From a virus (lineage: Duplodnaviria > Caudoviricetes): a stretch of 57,490 bases of DNA. The stretch is from IMG/VR virus record IMGVR_UViG_3300042988_000148, positions 1 to 57,490 of that record; one strand, 5' to 3'. Below, piece by piece: positions 1 through 7,968 of the stretch. Every line of letters starts with the position of its first letter. Position 1 is the first letter of the stretch. The notes below the pieces were generated by a model. The model had not been told where the DNA came from and made no database searches. It saw only the letters and a list, made by a program, of their open reading frames with translations. Position numbers and translations under genes: made by a program.

Positions 1-230
1 GTCAAGAACTGATAGCTGACATTGCTGTTGCTTTAAAGCAAGCAAGGGATAGTGAACTTACTGATGAAGAACGTCAGTGGGTTCGCCTTGCCATTGCCGC
101 AGAAGCTAGAAAAATCAAATTCCGTGACGCTGTTATTGAAAAAACGCTCACGGGTTTGACTTGGTCTGGCATTGTTGGTCTTGGTTACGTATTCCTAGAC
201 TTTTTCCGAAATCACGGATTAAAAGTATGA
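1..230 (+). CDS. 5'-truncated small membrane protein
   Basis: Frame 3 is open from the window edge (QELIADIAVALKQ...KTLTGLTWSGIVGLGYVFLDFFRNHGLKV*), with a C-terminal hydrophobic segment. TGA 228-230 overlaps the next ATG (ATGA). Confidence 0.75.
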   Translation, partial: QELIADIAVALKQARDSELTDEERQWVRLAIAAEARKIKFRDAVIEKTLTGLTWSGIVGLGYVFLDFFRNHGLKV

Positions 231-751
231 ATCGGTTTGTAGCAACCTGTCTGATTGCAACATCATTCAGTGTTGCTGCACAACCTATTGAGACAATTTC
301 AAACAACACCAGTACGGTGACGACAAACGGTAGCATGACTACTGTTGTTAAGTCTCCACCTCCGTCTGCAATATCACCTCAGATCGGCGCTAATGCGTCA
401 TCTGACCTTTGTACGGTTGGAGTTGCTGGCGCTGTTCAAACTCAGATTTTGGGTATCTCTGCTGGTACAACATTCACTGAAGACAACTGTGTCCGTTTAA
501 AGAACGCTAAAACGCTTTACGACATGGGCATGAAAGTCGCGGCTGTCTCTGTGATGTGCCAAGACAAAAAAGTCTTTGATGCAATGATGCATGCAGGTAC
601 TCCCTGTCCTTATGACGGAATGATCGGTCCTGCTGCTAAAGCTGCTTGGCAAGCAAACCCTAAACAAGAGGAAGTGAAGAATGAAAAGCCAACTTCGATA
701 TTCAACACTGGCTACATTCTTGGCGTTTTGGGCCTCTTGTTGTTGTTCTGA
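227..751 (+). CDS. Secreted Cys-containing protein with C-terminal membrane anchor (174 aa)
   Basis: ATG at 227 (ATGA coupling). Signal peptide MNRFVATCLIATSFSVAA, a Cys-flanked beta-hairpin (C-TVGVAGAVQTQILGISAGTTFTEDN-C) and hydrophobic C-terminus GYILGVLGLLLLF. Confidence 0.75.
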   Translation: MNRFVATCLIATSFSVAAQPIETISNNTSTVTTNGSMTTVVKSPPPSAISPQIGANASSDLCTVGVAGAVQTQILGISAGTTFTEDNCVRLKNAKTLYDMGMKVAAVSVMCQDKKVFDAMMHAGTPCPYDGMIGPAAKAAWQANPKQEEVKNEKPTSIFNTGYILGVLGLLLLF

Positions 752-1523
752 GCCTTACACCTATGGTGTCACGAAGAACGCTGCTGCTGCAGGTTTGACA
801 TGGGACATGAGCGTATTGCCTAAGGAGACAGGTTTAACGGTCAACGGTGTTGTTTATCAATACACAACTGTGAAGCGTCCAGAGGACAACATGCTTGTTC
901 ATGTTCGAAATCTAAATGCCAGAGGTGATGGTTACATCTTCAGAGAAACCGATGATTGGTCTAAGCTTCCGGGCAACACAATCAATAAAGTAGTCTCTGT
1001 TGATAATGTTCCTATTGGATATTGGGGCAAAGGGTCTATTGATGTTGAGGGACAAGGTAGAGTTGAGAAACCAAGTGTGGTCTACACCTATCGAGTAGAT
1101 CACTGTTTCAATGCAGAGATAACGCCGGGTTGTCCCGGATATAAACCAATTGTTCCAGAACAAAAGATTGAAACATATAACGCTCTTGATGATAGTGCTG
1201 TGAAGCAAGCTACCAAGAAAACAGAACAAGAATATAAGCAGGAAGTACAGAAACGAGAAGCTAAAGAGAAGGCCCTCTCACAAGCTGGTAGCGCAATTGA
1301 AGAAGCAGGTAAGTTATCACAAGAGTCATTGCTTCAGGCGATGAATAACATGACATCGTTTAGTAGTTATTATTCACTGGCAATAAAAGGTGGTGCTTAC
1401 AAAGACTCTCTAGTTCTTCTCGACACTAAACTTCCTGAAAATAGAACCGGTCTGCGAAACGGATTGGCTCAACAAGTTCTTCATACGAAGATGATTGATT
1501 TGCAATATGAAAGAAAACCATGA
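681..1523 (+). CDS. Secreted protein, beta-rich N-domain plus helical/coiled-coil C-domain
   Basis: Signal-peptide-like N-terminus, beta-rich region, C-x8-C pair (HCFNAEITPGC) and charged helical C-half. ATGA overlap with the next gene. Confidence 0.7.
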   Translation: MKSQLRYSTLATFLAFWASCCCSEPYTYGVTKNAAAAGLTWDMSVLPKETGLTVNGVVYQYTTVKRPEDNMLVHVRNLNARGDGYIFRETDDWSKLPGNTINKVVSVDNVPIGYWGKGSIDVEGQGRVEKPSVVYTYRVDHCFNAEITPGCPGYKPIVPEQKIETYNALDDSAVKQATKKTEQEYKQEVQKREAKEKALSQAGSAIEEAGKLSQESLLQAMNNMTSFSSYYSLAIKGGAYKDSLVLLDTKLPENRTGLRNGLAQQVLHTKMIDLQYERKP

Positions 1524-2005
1524 AGTATTTATTTCTACTCCTGTTACCCTTCGCCGTATGTGCTGAAGAAGTTCCAATCATTGGGAATGTTCAGTCTAAA
1601 TGTGTCATTACAACAGACACCCCCGGCGTATATGGTAACCCCACTGCTGATAAATTAAGCACATCACCTGTTGATGGTGGTGTAATGCCTATTGTTCGCT
1701 ACGATGTCTCCATTGCTAATGCATACAAGGCCCGTATCAGTACCCCTACTAGCTTCTCTACCAGCCCTTCGTTGAACGATACGGTGACATGGACAGGTTC
1801 TACTTCTATCAGTTCTGTTTCCGATGCACAAATGTCTGGTTATGAAACAAACAAGATTGTGTATGACAATGCTACCGAATACAACCTAGCACTTGCTGGT
1901 TCGACATGGTTTAAATCAAGCTCTTCCGCCAAGTACGGTTTCAATAAAGCCTTTCCCGGTGGTACATATCGTGCTGTGGTGTACGCTGAATGTATCGCTC
2001 GTTAA
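1520..2005 (+). CDS. Fimbrial pilin-like secreted protein
   Basis: Signal peptide, then N-terminal V-x-I-x-G-x-V-x-S-x-C-x-I and C-terminal PGGTYRAVVYAEC. These resemble the donor strand and conserved C-terminal Gly-x-Tyr strand of chaperone-usher pilins. Confidence 0.55.
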   Translation: MKYLFLLLLPFAVCAEEVPIIGNVQSKCVITTDTPGVYGNPTADKLSTSPVDGGVMPIVRYDVSIANAYKARISTPTSFSTSPSLNDTVTWTGSTSISSVSDAQMSGYETNKIVYDNATEYNLALAGSTWFKSSSSAKYGFNKAFPGGTYRAVVYAECIAR

Positions 2006-2361
2006 TATTGCTGCTGCTTGTGACCTGCGCACATGCACATGAAATGGTTCCTGCATATCCAAAGATGGAATCGTCCCATGTTGCTGGTGTTAGCAAAACT
2101 TCGGTTGAAGTATTCAATCGTAGAGAAGATGTGCAATATTATGAAGTTGGTGTATTTACAAAAGACTGGACACCTGTTCGGTTCGTAACCGCATACAACA
2201 TTATCAAGCTTAACTATCTAGGTCGAGTCAAGATTGATGTGTACATACGAGATGAGGATGTTGCTTCTGCCACATATATATGCTCTCAATCAAAAATTAG
2301 AAGTGATATGAACAATACAACGGCGGTGTCGTCGAAGATTTGTTCTAAGTTGATTAAATGA
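1990..2361 (+). CDS. PapD-like periplasmic chaperone (single Ig-like domain)
   Basis: Signal peptide ending AHA, then HEMVP, V-x-V-x-N, Y-x-V-x-V strands and a C-terminal Cys pair (YICSQS...SKICSK), similar to pilus chaperone N-domains. Confidence 0.45.
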   Translation: MYRSLILLLLVTCAHAHEMVPAYPKMESSHVAGVSKTSVEVFNRREDVQYYEVGVFTKDWTPVRFVTAYNIIKLNYLGRVKIDVYIRDEDVASATYICSQSKIRSDMNNTTAVSSKICSKLIK

Positions 2362-2771
2362 AAAAGTCAGTACTGGCATTGTTGTTTGCTTGTGTAAATG
2401 TGTTTGCACAGAACAGTTCATTGAACTTGCAGATGCCCTACGGTTTTTCAAACTATCAGTCTGATAAGTTCAGAGCTGGCGAACTGGATTGCTCAAACGC
2501 TATTGGTGGTGGAAAGAATCTTGAGTTTGGTGTAACAAGTATTCTTAATAACACCAGTGGTATTTTGACTAGCTCCGATCCTAGTGTTCCGAAATCAAAA
2601 GATGTTGGTGTGTATGCGCGTATCACAATTCCAATTGATGAAGTTCCTGAGCGTATCAACTGCAATTCTCTTTATCAACTTGAGCTGAAAAAGAAACGTG
2701 TTGAGATTGAGAAGCTTGAGACAGAGCTTGATAACCTACGCAAGCTAAAGAACGGAAAGTTTGAAAACTAA
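2358..2771 (+). CDS. Secreted protein with amphipathic beta-hairpin and C-terminal coiled coil
   Basis: Signal peptide. Strands NLEFGVT and VGVYARITIPI lie between two Cys, followed by a heptad tail LELKKKRVEIEKLETELDNL. ATGA coupling. Confidence 0.7.
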   Translation: MKKSVLALLFACVNVFAQNSSLNLQMPYGFSNYQSDKFRAGELDCSNAIGGGKNLEFGVTSILNNTSGILTSSDPSVPKSKDVGVYARITIPIDEVPERINCNSLYQLELKKKRVEIEKLETELDNLRKLKNGKFEN

Positions 2772-2772
2772 T

Positions 2773-3297
2773 ATGGCTGATCTTGGTGAAGAACTTAAGA
2801 AGGTTGAAGACCTTAAAAAGAAGGAGTTCACAGTCTTCGGATTGAAGATGACCCCTTTGACTATTGGTGCTTTATTCACATTGTTATCGACTGTCATCGG
2901 GACAATGTATGGTGGTTTTGTCCTGTATAAGAAGGTTGTCGCTGTAGCCAATCTTGACCTTGGTGAGTATCAACAGAAGATGGATCTGATGGATGCCAAA
3001 GTTGAAGAGGCTCTGAAGTATGCCAAAGATATTAAAGATGGTATGCGCGGTGACATCATGCGTGTTGAGTCTGCTGCTGAACGAGCCAACAATAAAGTTG
3101 ATTCTGTGTCCATGAGAACTGAAGGCAAGGTAGATCGTTTGGAAGAAAAGATGCGTAAGCTATTAGACGATGCCGATGCTAGATTTGAATCGCAACGAGA
3201 GAAGCTACGCAGCTCTCAGAAGTCTGATACCAAAGAACTAGAAGACCGCATTAATGCCAGAGTTCAAAAGGCTCTGGATAATCCATTGTCGAAGTGA
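2773..3297 (+). CDS. Single-pass membrane protein with long coiled coil
   Basis: ATG at 2773, one TM helix (IGALFTLLSTVIGTMYGGFVLY), then about 110 aa of coiled coil. Confidence 0.75.
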   Translation: MADLGEELKKVEDLKKKEFTVFGLKMTPLTIGALFTLLSTVIGTMYGGFVLYKKVVAVANLDLGEYQQKMDLMDAKVEEALKYAKDIKDGMRGDIMRVESAAERANNKVDSVSMRTEGKVDRLEEKMRKLLDDADARFESQREKLRSSQKSDTKELEDRINARVQKALDNPLSK

Positions 3298-3307
3298 AAG
3301 GTAAATA

Positions 3308-3493
3308 ATGTACGAATTTGAAACATGGTGGAAAAAACATTGGATTGATAAACCGCACTGGTTGCATAGACAATGCTTCGAAGAAGGTTATAACTGTGCT
3401 ATGGCGCAAACCAAGAAAGAGAATGTGCGAATAGCTATTGCCTCTGTTATTGCGCTTGTGGTCCTTGTTGGCCTATATTTCATTAAAGGATAA
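3308..3493 (+). CDS. Small membrane protein
   Basis: AAGGT SD and C-terminal TM helix. Confidence 0.6.
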   Translation: MYEFETWWKKHWIDKPHWLHRQCFEEGYNCAMAQTKKENVRIAIASVIALVVLVGLYFIKG

Positions 3494-3498
3494 TCGAT

Positions 3499-3795
3499 AT
3501 GACTAATATGCGAATGACACCAGAGGATATCGAAATTCGAGTTTGGGCATTTATTGTTGTATGCATTATGACAATGCTGTTTGTTATTGCCCTTGGTATT
3601 TTGTGGGCTGTTGCTTTTGAAACACAAACAATGGAACTCGCACCAATTGATGGTATCTTCCTTGAGATCTTGAAGGCTGTTGCTTACATGAGCATCGGTA
3701 CTCTTGGTGGTATTGCTGGTCGTAAAGTAGCAGCAAAGGCTGGTGCTGCTCTTGGTGAGGAAGACAAAGATGATTCCAATCCCAGCGCTGCTTGA
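3499..3795 (+). CDS. Two-TM membrane protein, possible holin/antiholin
   Basis: AAGGA SD, two hydrophobic helices, charged C-tail, located in the lysis cassette. Confidence 0.55.
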   Translation: MTNMRMTPEDIEIRVWAFIVVCIMTMLFVIALGILWAVAFETQTMELAPIDGIFLEILKAVAYMSIGTLGGIAGRKVAAKAGAALGEEDKDDSNPSAA

Positions 3796-4195
3796 GGTTG
3801 GCGGTAAGTTGCTGGATCGGTTTATGCCAGATCCTGCAGCTGCTGCTAAGGCTAAGGCTGATCTAGAACAGATGGCTGCTCAGAACAAACTGGCAGAACT
3901 CAACGTCGATCTTGAAGCATACAAGACTGAACAGAACAATCTCACAGAGCGCCTTAAAGCCGACATGGCTAGTGACTCTTGGTTGTCCAAAAACATTCGA
4001 CCATTGACGTTGATCTTCATTCTCTTTGCCTATTTCACTTTTGCAATGATGTCTGCTTTTGATCTTGAGACACGTGGCAATTATGTTGAGCTTCTTGGTC
4101 AATGGGGCATGTTGATTATGTCGTTCTACTTTGGTGGACGAACTCTTGAAAAAATCATGGACATGAAAGGAAATAAAAATGAACCTGACAAATAA
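3770..4195 (+). CDS. Holin (GTA 3TM holin-like)
   Basis: Motifs KLLDRFMPDP, SDSWLSKNIRP and FYFGGRTLEK are typical of the GTA_holin_3TM family. Directly upstream of the endolysin. Confidence 0.75.
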   Translation: MIPIPALLEVGGKLLDRFMPDPAAAAKAKADLEQMAAQNKLAELNVDLEAYKTEQNNLTERLKADMASDSWLSKNIRPLTLIFILFAYFTFAMMSAFDLETRGNYVELLGQWGMLIMSFYFGGRTLEKIMDMKGNKNEPDK

Positions 4196-4643
4196 CTTCT
4201 CACTGAGTGAATTGACTCACAGCGACACTGCTGTCAAAAAAGGATTGGACAACACTCCAACGCAAGAGATTATTGATAATCTGAAAGTGCTTTGTGAGAA
4301 AGTGTTGCAGCCTGTGCGTGAACATTACGGCAAGAGTGTTAAAGTTAATAGCGGCTATCGTGCTCCTGAAGTGAATGCATCGGTTGGTGGTAGCAAGACT
4401 AGCGATCACTGCAAAGGTCAAGCCGCTGACATTGAAATTGTTGGTATTGCCAACGGTGATCTTGCTAAATATATCAAAGATAGCTTACAATTCACACAAG
4501 TCATTTTGGAGTTTTATACTCCCGGTATTCCCGACAGTGGTTGGGTACACGTGTCATACGACCCTAAAGATTTGAAATGTCAGGTGCTGACTGCTACGAA
4601 GAAAGACGGTAAGACTGTCTATCTTCCCGGTCTGGTGCTTTAA
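4179..4643 (+). CDS. Endolysin, peptidase M15A family
   Basis: NFSLSEL, SGYR, SDHCKGQAADI (H-x6-D) and WVHVS zinc-ligand motifs. Confidence 0.9.
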   Translation: MNLTNNFSLSELTHSDTAVKKGLDNTPTQEIIDNLKVLCEKVLQPVREHYGKSVKVNSGYRAPEVNASVGGSKTSDHCKGQAADIEIVGIANGDLAKYIKDSLQFTQVILEFYTPGIPDSGWVHVSYDPKDLKCQVLTATKKDGKTVYLPGLVL

Positions 4644-4649
4644 TAAGGA

Positions 4650-4985
4650 ATGAGCATGGAATTTACAGCTAAGCAAAAAGAGATTGTTGCACGTAAGATG
4701 GGCTATGATGGCCCTATGCAAATGTTTGATGAGTTCCTTGCCGCATCCCCTTCTGACTCTCAGCGTTATTCTGCACTGACTTCTAAGTTTGCTGAGCGTA
4801 TGGCTAAAGGCGGTTTCGTTAAGAAGTACGCTGCAGGCGGTGTTGTAACAAAGATCAGTGATGCCGAGATCAAAGGGTTCTATGAACAGAACAAGGGCAA
4901 TCCGGAATTGTTGAAATCTACTGCTGCACAATATGGTGTTTCTGAACAAGACATCACCAGAGCTTTGGGTATTTCGATTCGATGA
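4650..4985 (+). CDS. Small internal virion protein / N-terminal piece of an ejection protein
   Basis: AAGGA SD. Contains MAKGG and YAAGG motifs shared with other virion proteins in this window. Confidence 0.55.
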   Translation: MSMEFTAKQKEIVARKMGYDGPMQMFDEFLAASPSDSQRYSALTSKFAERMAKGGFVKKYAAGGVVTKISDAEIKGFYEQNKGNPELLKSTAAQYGVSEQDITRALGISIR

Positions 4986-5380
4986 AATTTGAGGTTGTAT
5001 TAGATATCGATAGTGTTTGGGATGATGTTGTTGGTTTCATAGATAGCACCATTCCTTATGTTCATGGTGAATTCACAACACAAGATGTCAAAGACAAATT
5101 GTTGGATAACGAGTATAACCTAATCGTTATAAGTAATGATGATAATATAATTGGTGCTATTGTTTTTAGCACACATTTTGTTGCTAATAAAAATACTGCC
5201 TTCATTATCATCACTGCAGGCAGACACATAACAAACGATGATGCTTGGCAAAAGTTAAAAACTTTGTTTAGTAATCTTGGGTATGAATACATTGAAGCAG
5301 GAATGCGTGATAGCACCATGCGACTTTGGTCAAAGCTGGGCTTCAAAAAGAAATACAACATAGTTGGAGTTGATATATGA
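4982..5380 (+). CDS. GNAT-fold protein (P22 gp14 / T7 gp13-like)
   Basis: Beta-rich GNAT-like pattern with C-terminal MRLWSKLGF. Precedes the ejection genes, is visibly AT-rich, and has ATGA overlaps on both sides. Confidence 0.6.
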   Translation: MKFEVVLDIDSVWDDVVGFIDSTIPYVHGEFTTQDVKDKLLDNEYNLIVISNDDNIIGAIVFSTHFVANKNTAFIIITAGRHITNDDAWQKLKTLFSNLGYEYIEAGMRDSTMRLWSKLGFKKKYNIVGVDI

Positions 5381-7269
5381 GAAATGATGTGCTGTTGTCG
5401 CTCGGTATTCCTGAACTGGATACACGAGCTTTTTCGCATGATGGCGATAGGAAGATCAAACTATACGGTGGCGGCACCACCTATGTTGATCGACCAACCG
5501 GTATCACACAGGAACAGCTTGATGCTGCTAATAAAAAAGCTGCAGATGCTGAAGCTAAAGCCGCCGCTGATGCCGCTGCTGCTGCCGAAAAAGCACAAAA
5601 AGAGCAAGCTGCTGCCGTAGCCAAAGCCGCTGCTGATGCCACCAATGCTGAACGCTCTGCCAAGCCTCAGATGGATAACACAGGCACTTATTACGAAGCT
5701 GCAACAACCGACATGGCTCCCGGTATGCAGGCTACAGCACAGACAGCAGGACCAACTACAGCTGCTACAGCCGCACAGATTGATCAGACCGCTGGTGTTG
5801 CTGCTCCTAAAGCAATCACTGCCCCTACGATTACGGCAGCAACGGCAGCACCCGCTGTCACTAAAGCACTTGAGGGTGTCACGGCTGAGCAAGGTGCTGT
5901 ATCTCAACAAGCACAGGTCACTGCTGCTACACAGGCTCCTGAGACAACCGCTGTTGCTGGAGTTGAAGCAGCACAGGGTGAAGCTGCTACCGTTCAGGGT
6001 GCTCCTACTCGCACTGTTCAGGAAGGAGAACTTGTTTCGGGCTCTGCTGTTGATATGGCAAAGGTTGATACTGAGCTTGCCAAGACTCAAGCAGCACAGG
6101 GTGTTGTCACGGAAGAGATGACAACTCAAGGCCAGCTAAATAAGTTACTGACTGATTTTGATGCCGGTGCTCCTCCACCTTGGGCCGCTGCCTCGCTTCG
6201 TACTGCAACAGCACAACTTGCTGCCCGTGGTCTTGGTGCATCTAGCTTGGCTGGTCAAGCAATCATTCAGGCTACGCTTGAAGCTGCTACACCCATTGCT
6301 GCCGCTGATGCTAAAGTGTTTCAAGAGATGGGTTTTCAAAACCTATCAAACCGTCAGGCTGTCGCATTACAAGTTGGTCAACAACGCGCCCAGTTTTTGG
6401 GTCAACAATTTGATCAAGAGTTTCAGACAAAGGTGCTGAATGCCGCAAAGATTGCTGACATTGCAAACAAAAACTTCGATGCTCAGACAACCATTGCACT
6501 TGAGAATGCCCGTCTTGCTAACACAATGAACGTTGCCAACTTGTCTGCCAAGAACGCTGTTGTTCTTGAGAAGGCAGCTGCTATGTCTCGTCTTGAGACA
6601 CAGAACCTGAGCAATCGTCAACAAGCAGCTGTACAGAATGCGCAAGCTTTCTTGCAGATGGACATTAAGAACTTGGAAGCTCGTCAACAAACTAACTTGT
6701 TCAAAGCTCAAGAAATATCCGATGCCATTGTTAGTGATGCCGGTTTTGAAAATGCCGCACGCGCAACCAACGCAACCAATGCGATGGAAGCAGCTAAGAT
6801 TTCTGAAACACTAGCTCTCACTGCAAATCAGTTCAATGCAACCGAGCGCAATAAAATTAGTCTTGCTAACATGAATGCTGCCAATGAGTTGGCTAAGTTC
6901 AATGCGCAAGAAGCCAATGATCGTGCAGAGTTTAACTCTCGCCTCTCTTCTGAAATCAATGTGGCTAATGCTAAAATCTTGGCAGACATTTCGACAGCTA
7001 ATACTGCCGCTATCAATGCTGCATATGCTGTCAATGCTAAGAATGCCACCGAGTTGTCGGCAGCTAAATACGCACAGCAATCTCAAACCTACCGTGACTT
7101 GCTTGAGTATTCTTGGAAGTCTGGTGAGAGTGAAAAAGATCGAGTGACAAACATTGCTGTTGCATCCATTACAAAGAGCGCTGCCGTTGCTGCTGCTGAG
7201 ACTACAGCAAATGCCGCATCCAACGCTGCATGGGGTAAGCTTGCATATGAAATTATCAAGGACTGGTAA
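5377..7269 (+). CDS. Internal virion (ejection) protein
   Basis: Ala/Gln/Asn-rich helical protein with AARGLGASSLAG motif, located in the internal-protein block. Confidence 0.75.
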   Translation: MRNDVLLSLGIPELDTRAFSHDGDRKIKLYGGGTTYVDRPTGITQEQLDAANKKAADAEAKAAADAAAAAEKAQKEQAAAVAKAAADATNAERSAKPQMDNTGTYYEAATTDMAPGMQATAQTAGPTTAATAAQIDQTAGVAAPKAITAPTITAATAAPAVTKALEGVTAEQGAVSQQAQVTAATQAPETTAVAGVEAAQGEAATVQGAPTRTVQEGELVSGSAVDMAKVDTELAKTQAAQGVVTEEMTTQGQLNKLLTDFDAGAPPPWAAASLRTATAQLAARGLGASSLAGQAIIQATLEAATPIAAADAKVFQEMGFQNLSNRQAVALQVGQQRAQFLGQQFDQEFQTKVLNAAKIADIANKNFDAQTTIALENARLANTMNVANLSAKNAVVLEKAAAMSRLETQNLSNRQQAAVQNAQAFLQMDIKNLEARQQTNLFKAQEISDAIVSDAGFENAARATNATNAMEAAKISETLALTANQFNATERNKISLANMNAANELAKFNAQEANDRAEFNSRLSSEINVANAKILADISTANTAAINAAYAVNAKNATELSAAKYAQQSQTYRDLLEYSWKSGESEKDRVTNIAVASITKSAAVAAAETTANAASNAAWGKLAYEIIKDW

Positions 7270-7271
7270 TA

Positions 7272-7475
7272 ATGAAACACATCAAAGACTATATGAAGAA
7301 GATTGAAGCAATGCTGCTTGATCGAACTAAAGAAACTAAGTCAAACAAGAAAGGCTTGCTTGCTCCTACAAAGCCTTCAGTTGAGAAGAAAGAACAACGT
7401 AGCGAACTATCCACCATTGCTGACTTTGTGTACGGCATTCGTAGCGCACGAGAGGAAATGAAAAATGGCAAATAA
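7272..7475 (+). CDS. Small hypothetical virion protein
   Basis: Tightly packed ORF with KKGLLAP motif. Confidence 0.65.
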   Translation: MKHIKDYMKKIEAMLLDRTKETKSNKKGLLAPTKPSVEKKEQRSELSTIADFVYGIRSAREEMKNGK

Positions 7476-7968
7476 GCTTTCTGCTGCCGATGTGATTAAA
7501 CCAGTTCCTGCTGGTATTTCATGGACTGCTCCACCTAAGGGTCGTCCTTGGTCTAATCCTCCTAAGTTTGTTGATGTGTCTGATGTAGCTCAGCAATACA
7601 TCGACAAGCTTTCATCGTCTGATATTGTGAACAATGTACTTGATGCTATCGAAACTAAAGTGCCGTTGGCATCTTTGGCTGAGGCTTTGATGCTCAGTGG
7701 TGTCAATGCTGGTGCTCACAGTTTGGACACTGGTATCTTGGTGATGCCTGTTATTATTGAGATGTTGAAGACTGCTGCCGAGTTACACAATACCGATTAC
7801 ATTGTGTTTGCCGAAGAAGCAACAGAGGGTGATGCTGTTCCTGAGCGTGTCATTCGTCAAGCAATTAAAGAAGCAGCAGAGAAGAAAGACTCTTCTAACG
7901 AAGTGGTAGCGCCACAGGTCGAACTGTCTGGATTGATGTCCAGAAAACCTAAGACGGAGATTGCATAA
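7465..7968 (+). CDS. Conserved virion/morphogenesis protein
   Basis: P-A-G-x-S-W-T...PW-x-x-PP motif, GAGG SD, C-terminal GLMSRK. Confidence 0.7.
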   Translation: MANKLSAADVIKPVPAGISWTAPPKGRPWSNPPKFVDVSDVAQQYIDKLSSSDIVNNVLDAIETKVPLASLAEALMLSGVNAGAHSLDTGILVMPVIIEMLKTAAELHNTDYIVFAEEATEGDAVPERVIRQAIKEAAEKKDSSNEVVAPQVELSGLMSRKPKTEIA

